Positions 15,351-25,153 of a stretch of 25,153 bases of DNA are shown piece after piece. The notes under the pieces are model-generated. The model was not told the origin of the DNA and did no database searches. It was given only the letters and a program-made list of their open reading frames with translations. The first letter of the stretch is position 1. Every line of letters begins with the position of its first letter. The stretch is from a virus (Duplodnaviria > Caudoviricetes). A program made the translations under genes and the position numbers. The DNA is taken from positions 1 to 25,153 of IMG/VR virus record IMGVR_UViG_3300032269_000370; one strand, written 5' to 3'.

Positions 15351-17333
15351 TTAACCTTGTGGATCAGTTGATATACCAAAATCCAAATTTCTTATTGTGG
15401 CAGTTGTGGCTGTGACCGCCGCAAATGTCACCGAACTGGTGGTGAATAATGCTTGATTAAATGGATTTGGGTCTTTAAATCCCAATGTGCCCGCACCACT
15501 GGTATACATAACTTGGCCTGCCGTACCATCCGTCCCGGGTAAAATATAAGCATCATTTATTTGAACACCGCTACCGTTTACAACCAATCGCTCAATGCCA
15601 TCTGCCAAACTAAATGCTAAAATACTACCAACATTGGTTCCAGTGAAATCCACTGTGGCAAATGCCTGAATCTTGGCACTTAATGGCCTACCACCTGTAT
15701 CAGTTTGCCCAACAAAATAAATGCCACCTATTTCATCATATTGTAATGTATTCTGGTATCGAGTTAATGTAATTGGGTTGGTAAATGTTGCTGTTGTGGC
15801 TGCCAATGTGGCCACGGTGGCTATGTTGGTTATGGTCAGTGTGGCAAATGTTCCAGTGGTGGCAGAAACACTGGCAAATACCACACTGCTGGTGGTGAAT
15901 AACTTTTGATTGGTTATGGTGCTGACGTCAAAGGTAGCAGGAGTTGTCCAAGCATATCCACTTCCAGTCCAACTTAAATAAGTGCTGGCAGTGGTAGATG
16001 ATGAGATATAATTAGTTGTGGCTGTGCCAAATGACACTCTTTGATATGGTATGGCATAGTCACTACCATCACGAAGATTATTAGCATTGGCCGCATTACC
16101 TACATAGATACTGGCAGTGTTGGTAAATGCGGGACGATTGCCTGATCCACCACTGACCAATAACCAACCAGCCGATCCTTGACCCATAAATCCTGTGGTA
16201 TTGGGACCGTCTTGAACCAATAATGCTCCATTGCCAGATCCAAGCCCTAATATATTGGCAGCATATCCAACCTGTGTAGTTGAAGTATTGCTGTAAGTTA
16301 TTTCTTTAGTTGAAGTATTATAAAATAATATTTGTGTGCTGGCATTATTAGTAATAGGATCGACAAATAATCCACTATTTGGTGTAGTTAATGTGCTATT
16401 ACTGGCATTGAGAATGATGCTATTTGCGGCTATAGTAGCAGTAAAAGCATTCTTTCCAAGGATGATTCTATCTGTGCCAATTCTTAAACGCTGATTATCA
16501 ACTCCATCTGGGCCTGCCGCAATTAACAGTGTATTGGTCATTGATATCGAACTTTGGCCTGTGACATTATCAGTAATAATGTTACCAATAATGGTATTGT
16601 TATTTTGACTATTATTTGCGAGACCCTTGCCGGCACGATATCCAATGGCTATGCTGTCAGATACATTTCTTGCTTGTAATCCTTGATTACCTAATATTGT
16701 GGTATTGTCGCCATTGCCTGTATAATTGCCAATGTTAATGCCATTGTAATTAGTGCCACCTCCATATCCCGGGAAGTTGGTCATTGATATACCCTGTGTT
16801 AGGGTATTATAGATCATTATTAATCTGGATACTACGGCGGTTGAATCACCCAACTCAATTTGATTTTTGACTTTGACTATGTTAAATGTGCCACTGGTTG
16901 CTGATAATCCAGATGGGAAGTTTGTGCCGGTATTATTACTATATTGATTAGTATAACCAATAATAGTATCTACTGCCAATGTCTTGTATATTTGAACTCC
17001 ATATGGCCCAATAAAACTTACCCCACCGGAATTAACTGAATTAATAGCCAATGTTCCGGTAGATTGTATTCTTGATACTGGGCCATCCTGAAACAATGAT
17101 ATACCGGCAATGGTGGCTATATTAGTAATGGTGAGATTGGCAAATGTCACACTGGAGGTGGTGAATAACGCTTGATCAGTAACCGTGTTGATATTGAAAC
17201 CAGCCGGCACCGTTGCCCAGGTATTATCACCACGCAGATATGTGCTGCTGCTGGCCGCCCCAGTGGCACTGAAATTTTCTAATAATACCGATGCTGCTGA
17301 CAGCATCCCGGGTTGTATTCGCGTTAGTGCCAT
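15351..17333 (-). CDS. Tail fibre protein
   Basis: 660 aa, rich in Thr/Gly/Asn. [10 protein letters not shown] and [22 protein letters not shown] fibre motifs, and three copies of a [12 protein letters not shown]-like segment. Confidence 0.8.
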   Translation of the reverse strand: MALTRIQPGMLSAASVLLENFSATGAASSSTYLRGDNTWATVPAGFNINTVTDQALFTTSSVTFANLTITNIATIAGISLFQDGPVSRIQSTGTLAINSVNSGGVSFIGPYGVQIYKTLAVDTIIGYTNQYSNNTGTNFPSGLSATSGTFNIVKVKNQIELGDSTAVVSRLIMIYNTLTQGISMTNFPGYGGGTNYNGINIGNYTGNGDNTTILGNQGLQARNVSDSIAIGYRAGKGLANNSQNNNTIIGNIITDNVTGQSSISMTNTLLIAAGPDGVDNQRLRIGTDRIILGKNAFTATIAANSIILNASNSTLTTPNSGLFVDPITNNASTQILFYNTSTKEITYSNTSTTQVGYAANILGLGSGNGALLVQDGPNTTGFMGQGSAGWLLVSGGSGNRPAFTNTASIYVGNAANANNLRDGSDYAIPYQRVSFGTATTNYISSSTTASTYLSWTGSGYAWTTPATFDVSTITNQKLFTTSSVVFASVSATTGTFATLTITNIATVATLAATTATFTNPITLTRYQNTLQYDEIGGIYFVGQTDTGGRPLSAKIQAFATVDFTGTNVGSILAFSLADGIERLVVNGSGVQINDAYILPGTDGTAGQVMYTSGAGTLGFKDPNPFNQALFTTSSVTFAAVTATTATIRNLDFGISTDPQG

Positions 17334-17334
17334 A

Positions 17335-19338
17335 TTATGTCCAATATATTATTTCGCCAGTAGTGGGATTATAAGCCATATTATAAAATCCACTGGGTAA
17401 ACTGCCATTTACAACCTGTCTAACGGGTTTAACATAGAAACTGCTGGCGCTGGCAGAATTCAATTCAGCATTGGTGGCATTTAATACTATGGTATTGGCA
17501 AACCCATTAGTAGTTGAGGTGCTATTAGCATTGGCCTTATAACCGATTGCTATACTATAGTCCCCTTGCCCATAATCAGTAAATGCTCCAACACCTTGTG
17601 TGCCACTGCCGGCTGCTATTCTATTTCCTTGACCGGCAAAATTTCCAATGGCCACACTATTGGTGCCTTGTTTATGTTGGCCTGCTTGATTACCTATTGC
17701 TATAGAACCATTGCCCTGTAATGACACGGCTGCTTGATTGCCTACTGCTACAGAAAGATTACCTTGTAGATAGTTGCCACTGCTGGCTCCCACTGCTACT
17801 GAATTTGTCCCTTGCTGAATACTAGCGGCCCCTGCTCCAATTGCCACCCTGGCAAAGTCTTGACGCATATAATTATAAGACGCATCACTAGGAATACTTC
17901 CAACTGGGCCAAATATCATTATAATGTCTTCATTGGTATTTTCAAATCTGCTGCTTAATTGAAATGTTTGATTATCTTCTAAACATTCCCAATCTACAGC
18001 CGGATCTAATACCTGACCATTTAAAAGTAATACCCAGTCTCTAACAGGAAGTTGGGGATTACTCCTTGTGACATGATACGGGCTAATATTATATCTGCGG
18101 CCCTCTAATCCAGCGTATATAATTAAATTTGCGCCTGAGTTCCAAATTGACCAAGCACCAGCACGATTGCCTCTAACTACTGGACTCCTCGAATAACTAT
18201 CCACTATACCGGTTAAATCATAATAAAAATCAACACCATTGGCTCCACTTGGGCCCTGCGGACCTTGTGGACCTCGTGGCCCTTGTGGGCCGCCTGCCGG
18301 TCCTTGTGGGCCAACTGGACCAGTATTGCCGGTTGCTCCTTGCGGACCTTGTGGGCCTATGCCACCACCTTGTATTGCCGCAACACTAAATCGCGGCCCT
18401 ATAATACTACCGATTGATGTGCTGGTAGTAAACGAACTATTGGCAATCTTTTGTGTCACCGCATAGAATTCAAAATAATCTGTGCCATTGGCATATACTA
18501 TTTCACTTAATACTGGACTATTTGTAGCATTTGTTGAACCACTCGATGAGTAATCTTGTAATAATATTGTTTTGTATTCACTGCCATTTTTGTATAAACT
18601 TATACCATAATTGGTTCTTCCAACAGCAAGGGTATTGGTCCAATAATAACTGGAATTGATTTGATAATAACCAGCGGTAGGCACTAATCTCTGTGTAGAT
18701 GTTGAATAGAAATTATCAGTATCAAATATTTCAGTATCAATTGCCAATTTGGTGTATAGCGTTCCTGTGTTGCTAAAATACAATGTAGTAGCAGTTGATC
18801 CATACGCACTCACAGCAATAGCAGCACCAGGAACTCCAGTAGGACCTTGTGGCCCTTGTGGGCCAATGACTCCTTGTGGTCCCTGTGGCCCAGTTGGTCC
18901 AGTATCGCCCTTAATATTTTGTCCAACCAGCACATCATAATATATGGCCATAATGTTATTAGTGCCAGTAAATGGTGCTTGACTGAATACCACAGTTGAA
19001 GTAGTGGCAGTATAACTGTAATAAGGAGTTTGAGTCACACCACCCACAATAACTTCTAAAAAGTCTGGGCCCAATGGTGTGGCGCTTAATACGAAATTAG
19101 TTTGTGTGCCATTACCGCTGAACACATCCACGGTGGCTGTGCTGGCTGCTCGCACCGCAACAATACCATTGGGAATAATTTCAACAGTATTGGTTGTTTG
19201 AGTAGCAGTGACAATGGCATTGGTTTCATTAACTGTGACCGTTGTATCAGTGCTGGATACTGTGATTTGTGGGGTGCTTTGAGTAGCCGTTAGAACATAT
19301 ACGGTTTGTTCAACGGTAATTGCTGGTGCGGTAGCCAT
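17335..19338 (-). CDS. Tail fibre / adhesin-like protein
   Basis: 667 aa. Two short collagen segments flank a C1q-like domain ([11 protein letters not shown]). 16-aa QGxNSVAIG repeats resemble a YadA head. Confidence 0.8.
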   Translation of the reverse strand: MATAPAITVEQTVYVLTATQSTPQITVSSTDTTVTVNETNAIVTATQTTNTVEIIPNGIVAVRAASTATVDVFSGNGTQTNFVLSATPLGPDFLEVIVGGVTQTPYYSYTATTSTVVFSQAPFTGTNNIMAIYYDVLVGQNIKGDTGPTGPQGPQGVIGPQGPQGPTGVPGAAIAVSAYGSTATTLYFSNTGTLYTKLAIDTEIFDTDNFYSTSTQRLVPTAGYYQINSSYYWTNTLAVGRTNYGISLYKNGSEYKTILLQDYSSSGSTNATNSPVLSEIVYANGTDYFEFYAVTQKIANSSFTTSTSIGSIIGPRFSVAAIQGGGIGPQGPQGATGNTGPVGPQGPAGGPQGPRGPQGPQGPSGANGVDFYYDLTGIVDSYSRSPVVRGNRAGAWSIWNSGANLIIYAGLEGRRYNISPYHVTRSNPQLPVRDWVLLLNGQVLDPAVDWECLEDNQTFQLSSRFENTNEDIIMIFGPVGSIPSDASYNYMRQDFARVAIGAGAASIQQGTNSVAVGASSGNYLQGNLSVAVGNQAAVSLQGNGSIAIGNQAGQHKQGTNSVAIGNFAGQGNRIAAGSGTQGVGAFTDYGQGDYSIAIGYKANANSTSTTNGFANTIVLNATNAELNSASASSFYVKPVRQVVNGSLPSGFYNMAYNPTTGEIIYWT

Positions 19339-19339
19339 A

Positions 19340-19834
19340 TTATACTACCGAGAAATAACCTGTGGCCTGTGTGGGATCACCCACTGGCACACCACTTTCC
19401 CAACTTTGTATAAATGCCCAACGATGTGTATTGACCTGTGGATAAGGTGTTCCAGCATCAGTCCAAGTCACTCCCACTACGGTAATGGGCACATTCTTGC
19501 GACTGTCTGGATATATTGGGCCAGTATATAATCCACCTGGAATAGTGACATTTACTCGGCCACTGGTTGTATTGAATACTGAAATATAACTGCTGGTTAT
19601 GCTAGTGCTGGTGAATACTCCAATAACAGTGCTGGCTGAAAAATTGGGATCACCTGTTCTGTCATAGGTTAATGTATCGACTACAATGGTTTGTTGATCT
19701 GCGGCAAATGTCCATCCTGCGACATTTACACCGAAATTGTATTGTAATAGTCTCTGTGTTGAAGGGAAAATACTTTCCACTTTCACTGAGTCCGGACCGC
19801 CTAAGAATTGTCCTAGTGTTAAAACCCCTGCCAT
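19340..19834 (-). CDS. Putative virion protein (fibre-attachment/baseplate region)
   Basis: 164 aa, beta-rich, AGGAG SD, lies between the tail-tip gene and the fibre genes. Confidence 0.6.
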   Translation of the reverse strand: MAGVLTLGQFLGGPDSVKVESIFPSTQRLLQYNFGVNVAGWTFAADQQTIVVDTLTYDRTGDPNFSASTVIGVFTSTSITSSYISVFNTTSGRVNVTIPGGLYTGPIYPDSRKNVPITVVGVTWTDAGTPYPQVNTHRWAFIQSWESGVPVGDPTQATGYFSVV

Positions 19835-19915
19835 TGTAGTCTCCTATGAGTAGTGAAATAACAGCACTGAGGCACTGTCAAGTTATCAGTATTTATTGAA
19901 ACGATAAAAAATTGG

Positions 19916-21892
19916 TTATATAGGGCCCTGATTGAAATCAATATTTTGACTAGGAAAAATGGGATCCCAAGTAAATGGAGCACTATGTGGTCCTGGCCGA
20001 CTATCTTGTCCTCCACGCTCGGCAATGGCTAAAAAGTAATAGGTTCCTGCTTGTAAGCCGCCAATTCCCGCTGTGGCATAACTACCGCTGGATCCGGGAT
20101 TCCAATTGGGACTATTCATATTGGTTAAAAAATCAAATACACTGTCATTGGTGCTAATATATAATTTCATCCCGGTGTAGGCATATTGATTACCGGGTAT
20201 ATTGACTCTTACTGTAAAACTTGGAATAAAATAAGGAGGATCGCCTTCTCGATTTTCAGAAAACACATAAGGTTGTCCCGGTGTTGCTGGTGTATTGTCA
20301 TTGGGAATGCCGCTGGTTGGCTGTTGAGCACTGAGATATAAACTGTAATCTACATAAACGGCAGGATCATATTCTATACCAGTGATCTCTGCTGCTAATC
20401 CGCCATCATCTGCTTCAGTTTCACGCACACGACTAACACGGAATAGTTTATTGACAAATCCATATATGCTATTGGTTAGACTAATTACATCGCCTACTTC
20501 AACTTGTAGCGCACTGTAATCTGCTGTGAGTGTGACTACTTTGTCCGCACGACTTTGATACAGTTCCATTAATCCTACACGACCGGCGTGAATGTTGTTA
20601 TTACATAAGTCAGTTCGCATTGTGAGTTGATTGGGGAATTCACCTGGGTTTTGATCTACTTCTGCTATGTTGTCTCTATAATAATCTATTTGATCGCGCA
20701 ATAGATTATTAGGAAATGCCACTTCTAATTGATTATATAGATCTTCTAAATTGGTCCCAGTCACACTGATGTCACCAATAATGTTGTCATCACTAAAGGC
20801 AAATATAATATCGGTGCTGGTTGTAGCACGATTTGGTACGACACGCCATTCACCTAATTTGTGATCATATGTGGTCCACGACGCTGATGCCATATTGATC
20901 TTTTGTAAATTGGTTAAGACAGTTTCGCCTGTGTTGATTACGCCATTGATTTCATAACGATATTGAAAAATAGGTTGCCCGGCAGCATTGAATTGATTGG
21001 CGGGATTTTGATTACTGATAGTTTTTAGACTGGTAGGACTATCACTGATACTGGTTGTGGTATTCACAGAAGTAGCAGTAAATCCTGCTCCATAACGGGC
21101 ATTGGTCATATAATCATACCAAACTAGACCGGGATTGCTTAGTGTGTTATAGATATCATAAGTTATGGTTTGTAATTGTGCTACAGTATGATTGGTATCA
21201 TCGGTCAATTGAATAATACCAAATGCCAAATCATTCATTTGCCAAGACGCAGTGCTGGTCACATTACATATATCAAACAATTTATAAGCATCAACACGAT
21301 GCGGATCAACGAATGCGTGATTGAGTTCTGGGAATATCTGTGTGCTGCTGCTGCCAATGCCACCACCTCTGGCATAAGTGAAACATTTTATAAGTCCATT
21401 ATATTTGGTTTCAATAACAGTGGTGCTGGTTGTGACGCCATCAACACTGATGGTTTGTATTTTTTCTGTAGCAGTCACAGTATAACCGTCTGGACCAAAC
21501 AACATTCTTTCATCATTCCAATAGATGTCATTTAATCTAAATGTGCCAGTTGAAGTTGCCTCGCTCAGTGTCAGCACATAGGTCATTGTGTTGTTTGAGT
21601 CGGCACTAATGCGAGCATCAGTTAATATGCCCTGTTGAAAAGCACGACCATAAATCACAGGCACTTTATTATAAGTGGCAGGAGGTAATTGAATACGAAC
21701 ACCTTGATCAGTATTGCCGCCTGATCTACCACTGCTGGATCCGGCAATGATACGACTGGTAGCATAGGCCAATCCAAATGCCACTACTGAAGTAATGGCT
21801 GCCAATCCCGAGGCTGTAATGCCCAATGCCACAATGGTTTCTACACCAATTACACTGCTGACTAAGAAACTTGCTACTGCTTGAAATGCCAT
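19916..21892 (-). CDS. Tail tip / central hub protein (lambda gpJ-like)
   Basis: Hydrophobic N-terminus, KVPVIYG, SNPGLVWYDYMTNARYGAG, RYEINGVI, VEVGDVISLT and an FN3-like C-terminus. Start moved to ATG at 21892 (TAAGGAG SD). Confidence 0.82.
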   Translation of the reverse strand: MAFQAVASFLVSSVIGVETIVALGITASGLAAITSVVAFGLAYATSRIIAGSSSGRSGGNTDQGVRIQLPPATYNKVPVIYGRAFQQGILTDARISADSNNTMTYVLTLSEATSTGTFRLNDIYWNDERMLFGPDGYTVTATEKIQTISVDGVTTSTTVIETKYNGLIKCFTYARGGGIGSSSTQIFPELNHAFVDPHRVDAYKLFDICNVTSTASWQMNDLAFGIIQLTDDTNHTVAQLQTITYDIYNTLSNPGLVWYDYMTNARYGAGFTATSVNTTTSISDSPTSLKTISNQNPANQFNAAGQPIFQYRYEINGVINTGETVLTNLQKINMASASWTTYDHKLGEWRVVPNRATTSTDIIFAFSDDNIIGDISVTGTNLEDLYNQLEVAFPNNLLRDQIDYYRDNIAEVDQNPGEFPNQLTMRTDLCNNNIHAGRVGLMELYQSRADKVVTLTADYSALQVEVGDVISLTNSIYGFVNKLFRVSRVRETEADDGGLAAEITGIEYDPAVYVDYSLYLSAQQPTSGIPNDNTPATPGQPYVFSENREGDPPYFIPSFTVRVNIPGNQYAYTGMKLYISTNDSVFDFLTNMNSPNWNPGSSGSYATAGIGGLQAGTYYFLAIAERGGQDSRPGPHSAPFTWDPIFPSQNIDFNQGPI

Positions 21893-21893
21893 T

Positions 21894-22358
21894 TTATGTC
21901 TCCTTACGCAGGGCACGGCCCATTATTATATCTTCTTCCACATAGCCCAAGCGTGTCAGCAACACTCTAAAATCTCTACTGGTTTTGATATGCCAGGTTA
22001 TTTTGGCTACGCCCAACGCTTGTAAATGTTGCTCACTGCGACGGATCAATTCAATGCCCAATCTTCCAACACGAAATTCAGGTGCTAAAAACAACACATC
22101 ATTATTGGCTATGATCGCATCACGATAATGTATGTGATTACGCAGAAAGAACACGCTGTAGCCAACAAGTCGATCATAATAATACGCTCCCAAAGCAAAT
22201 AACTTGCCCTCATCATATAATTGTTGATACTGTGCCCAATCCGGGTCAAGGCGTATAACATCTTTGTCCAGTGTAAGTTCGGCATAGTGTTGCTCTAGTA
22301 ATGGGTCAATTTGTGATCTAATAGCAGCGATATCGGTGATTATCTTAAAATCAAACAT
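21894..22358 (-). CDS. GNAT-family acetyltransferase in the tail-tip module
   Basis: Motif A DVLFLAPEFRVGRLGIELI and LLTRLGY. Confidence 0.8.
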   Translation of the reverse strand: MFDFKIITDIAAIRSQIDPLLEQHYAELTLDKDVIRLDPDWAQYQQLYDEGKLFALGAYYYDRLVGYSVFFLRNHIHYRDAIIANNDVLFLAPEFRVGRLGIELIRRSEQHLQALGVAKITWHIKTSRDFRVLLTRLGYVEEDIIMGRALRKET

Positions 22359-23026
22359 TAACCTCCACTCCCTGGATCAAAGGTATAACCACCACCATCA
22401 ACGGGAGGACTAGTTCCACCAGTTCCACCGCCTTTGTAAGGTTTACCAAAATCAAATGATGTATTGCTGATAGCACTAACACGACCCATACTGACATCGC
22501 CCGGATATAATCTTATTTGATCTGTGTTATTGGTACGACGCCCTGCCAATCGTCGCTCCAATATGCTATGAACACTGCTACACATCACAGTGATGCTGCG
22601 AGTATTGGCCATATTTTGTAAATCACTGGTATCTGCTATTACATAATTGCTGATATAACCACTAAATCGCAAACTGGTTTGGTCAGCGAGAAATTCTCGG
22701 TTGTCCTTAAACAGTGCTCGCCATATATCCACACGACTGCCTTTGATGGGTTGATTTAACATCAGTGCGATATAGGCTGCGGGTTGTTCTGCTCCAACTG
22801 GTATACCACTCAGTGTGAGTTGTAATTGATTATTGGTGCTGCGTAAATCATCTTGTATTTCACTGGTGCCCAGCAAATGTCCCAGTGCTGTATAGGTATT
22901 GCCCTGCCAAGTAATGGGACTGTAAGTATTGGCAATATAATAGACTTGTCCGACACCCACAGTGATGCGAATCAACATACCGTGGCTGATGCGAGTTGAA
23001 TTAAGTGCTGGAATGACTAGCGGCAT
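22358..23026 (-). CDS. Minor tail / tail-tip protein (gpL-like position)
   Basis: ITWQGNTYTALG, LQLTLSGI and LRFSGYI motifs, and its position in the tail module. Confidence 0.7.
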   Translation of the reverse strand: MPLVIPALNSTRISHGMLIRITVGVGQVYYIANTYSPITWQGNTYTALGHLLGTSEIQDDLRSTNNQLQLTLSGIPVGAEQPAAYIALMLNQPIKGSRVDIWRALFKDNREFLADQTSLRFSGYISNYVIADTSDLQNMANTRSITVMCSSVHSILERRLAGRRTNNTDQIRLYPGDVSMGRVSAISNTSFDFGKPYKGGGTGGTSPPVDGGGYTFDPGSGG

Positions 23027-23027
23027 T

Positions 23028-23687
23028 TTACACTACTCGCTCGGCTACACGAAAATCACCACTAAACTGAACCAGCCCACCTGGTACGATATTATAACTG
23101 GGCAAATCAACTACCAACAATCGCATAGTAGTATCTGTGCCAATTACAAGCGTTTGATTGGTAATTGTGGTATTTTCACTGGTAATAATTGCGCGATTTA
23201 GTGGCAGTGTCACCACAGATCCTGACCCGCGCTGAACATCACCAGTGACAGTATAAGGATAACGACTATTTGCTGGCTGGACAAAATCACCTGCCCTAAA
23301 AATATAAGTTGCTGTGGTAATATTACCACCTATAGCGGGTAATAAATCTATTGTAATGCTGGCTGTTGAAGTGGCAGTGGTTCTTAATGCTGCCAATTGA
23401 CCGCTGCTTAAATCGCCGCGATATTGTGTAATGTAGGCCAATCTGGGATTATTGGCCAATCGCACAGTGTATTCTGTCACTCGCTCATTGAGATACAGCA
23501 CTTCCAACACACCACGATTGTCGCTATACCTAAAAGCACCTGCTGGAGTGATCTTAAATGTCCAAGGTTGTGCGGTCAATCGTTCTGCTGTTTTAATTCG
23601 TTGGCTACGACTGATTGAGGTGGCCACAATGCGACGGCGATCAAATTCAATACTCGTGGCTGAATCAATGATTACTTGTAGGCTCAT
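23028..23687 (-). CDS. Distal tail-like protein
   Basis: First gene after the tape measure (ATGA overlap), with an FRAGDFVQ motif. Confidence 0.65.
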   Translation of the reverse strand: MSLQVIIDSATSIEFDRRRIVATSISRSQRIKTAERLTAQPWTFKITPAGAFRYSDNRGVLEVLYLNERVTEYTVRLANNPRLAYITQYRGDLSSGQLAALRTTATSTASITIDLLPAIGGNITTATYIFRAGDFVQPANSRYPYTVTGDVQRGSGSVVTLPLNRAIITSENTTITNQTLVIGTDTTMRLLVVDLPSYNIVPGGLVQFSGDFRVAERVV

Positions 23688-25153
23688 CCTATGCTCCTTT
23701 GTGGTGTGCTGCGACGACCAACTTCAGTTATGTTGAAAATGAATTGTGGATCTCGTGCCACTAAACTGCGGAAACTGCTGGCATCCACAGCATTGATATT
23801 GTAGGTCACTGCGGTGTTGTTGCTGTTGCTTTCACTGCCCTTTAATTGATTATTGGGAATGATTGATCCAGCAACACCGGGCATAAACAATTCTGGCCCG
23901 CGTTCTCCTACCATAATGGGCGATTTACCTGATATTGGCCCTCCTGCGGCAAATCCCATAGCAAAGATACTGGATCCAGTGGCATTAGCAACCGCTGGAC
24001 TAAATCCACCACTGCCACCACCAAAAAAGTTATCTAAAAATCCTGATCCCATTCCGCCTTTATTACCAGTTAGCAATCCCATTAAGCCTGTTCCGGCAGT
24101 GATACCGGTTGAGGATCCGCCAATGCCATTCAATGCTCCGGCGGTCACACTGCTACCGGGTGTGCCTAATATAGATGCCAATAAGTTTCTGGCTTGAATA
24201 CGCAGGAACTCTTCAATGAGACTGGCACCTAGATCTTTAATGGCTCGTTTGACTCCAGGGAATCCTTTGGTCATACTGGTGAAAATGTTTTCAAAGCCAT
24301 TGGCGAATATATTAAAATATCGTTTGGCTTTTTCTGCTTGGTTGGCTGCTTCTTCAATGAATGTCTTAAATGCTTCTTTAATACCTACTTCCAATTCCAT
24401 ACTGGCCGACAGTGTGTCTTTTTGTGCGTCAGCAATGTCTTCGTAGGCATTAGCAATGGCCAACAGTCCTTTTTCTAATTCTTTAGCCCGTTCTGGTGTA
24501 AGTCCATCACCGCCTTCTTCAAATGCTGCCGCAAATGCTCGTCCTGCTGCCAGTGCCGATTTACGAGCATCTTCATTGATCTGTGCCATTTGTTTTTGTA
24601 GCGGACTTTTGCCCTGTAGGCTGCGAGCAAATTCATCAGTTTGTTGTGCTTCTCTAATGCCCAACTGTGCTTCTTTAAGTGCTGTGGCCTGCGCAATTTG
24701 TCGATCCGTTGCTGCTATTATGCGATCTAAATTGGCCAGTCTATCACGCTCTAGTATTTGAGCACCTTGTAGTGCGTTTGTTTCCTGTTTAAATCGTTTG
24801 GCTTGTTCTGCTGTCAATGCCTTAACACGAGCAATTTCTCGATCAATAATACCAACACTGCCCTGCTGTTCTGTCGTACCACTAGCCCATTGCCGTCTAG
24901 TATCTAACAGGCCTTTGATTGTGTCATTTTGTTTATTATAAATCTCAGCAAGGCCTTGTGCCATTTGTATTTCATCTTCACTCTTACCAACTAAACTGGT
25001 TTGTAGAGCAATGGCTTTTAATTGTTGTTCATTTTGATATTTGTATTCATCACCAACCCGGCGTATTTCTGCTGCCAATTTGGCTTGTCGTTCAGCAAAT
25101 TCTTTGGCTTTGGCTGCTGCTTCTTCTTGTTGTTTCTTTCGTGCTTCAATGGC
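23684..25153 (-). CDS. Tail tape measure protein, C-terminal part (5' end outside the window)
   Basis: The frame stays open to the window edge. Ala/Glu/Gln helical region followed by FAAGGP..MVGERGPELFMP..GSIIPN. Confidence 0.9.
   Translation of the reverse strand, partial: AIEARKKQQEEAAAKAKEFAERQAKLAAEIRRVGDEYKYQNEQQLKAIALQTSLVGKSEDEIQMAQGLAEIYNKQNDTIKGLLDTRRQWASGTTEQQGSVGIIDREIARVKALTAEQAKRFKQETNALQGAQILERDRLANLDRIIAATDRQIAQATALKEAQLGIREAQQTDEFARSLQGKSPLQKQMAQINEDARKSALAAGRAFAAAFEEGGDGLTPERAKELEKGLLAIANAYEDIADAQKDTLSASMELEVGIKEAFKTFIEEAANQAEKAKRYFNIFANGFENIFTSMTKGFPGVKRAIKDLGASLIEEFLRIQARNLLASILGTPGSSVTAGALNGIGGSSTGITAGTGLMGLLTGNKGGMGSGFLDNFFGGGSGGFSPAVANATGSSIFAMGFAAGGPISGKSPIMVGERGPELFMPGVAGSIIPNNQLKGSESNSNNTAVTYNINAVDASSFRSLVARDPQFIFNITEVGRRSTPQRSIG

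Noticed and set aside
14573-15354. Repetitive ORFs in alternative frames over the collagen tract (also 18239-18466 and 18749-18940)
   Set aside because: These are shadow frames of the Gly-Pro-Gln codon repeats.
267-24761. All + strand ORFs in the track
   Set aside because: They are short, lie almost entirely antisense to well-supported minus-strand genes or regulatory modules, and show no recognisable motifs.
1-25153. Alternative genetic code or stop-codon reassignment
   Set aside because: Genes tile densely under the standard code, and conserved proteins are uninterrupted.

Overview
A 25-kb fragment of a tailed dsDNA phage with a siphovirus-like tail. Every credible gene lies on the minus strand. 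In transcription order (right to left): tape measure (partial), distal-tail and tip genes with an embedded GNAT, tail fibres (collagen and YadA-like repeats), a beta-propeller and a holin-like gene. Next comes a VirE/VapE-type helicase preceded by a ~220-nt highly structured leader and followed by an AT-rich ori-like region. An accessory region (6.0-9.5 kb) is then built from seven ~100-115-bp repeated regulatory modules that separate small unrelated genes. The window ends with a GNAT, a ParB-glycosyltransferase fusion, terS, terL, portal and a Dps gene that runs off the left edge. The most striking feature is the modular cassette array. Each module carries a phased 18-bp palindrome, a covarying hairpin spanning a sigma70 -35/spacer, an invariant 22-nt core containing the -10, a leader hairpin and an SD. 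Several real genes (Dps, a lipoprotein, two micro-ORFs) are missing from the ORF track, and several track starts were corrected. All product calls come from motif recognition by eye; no database search was run.
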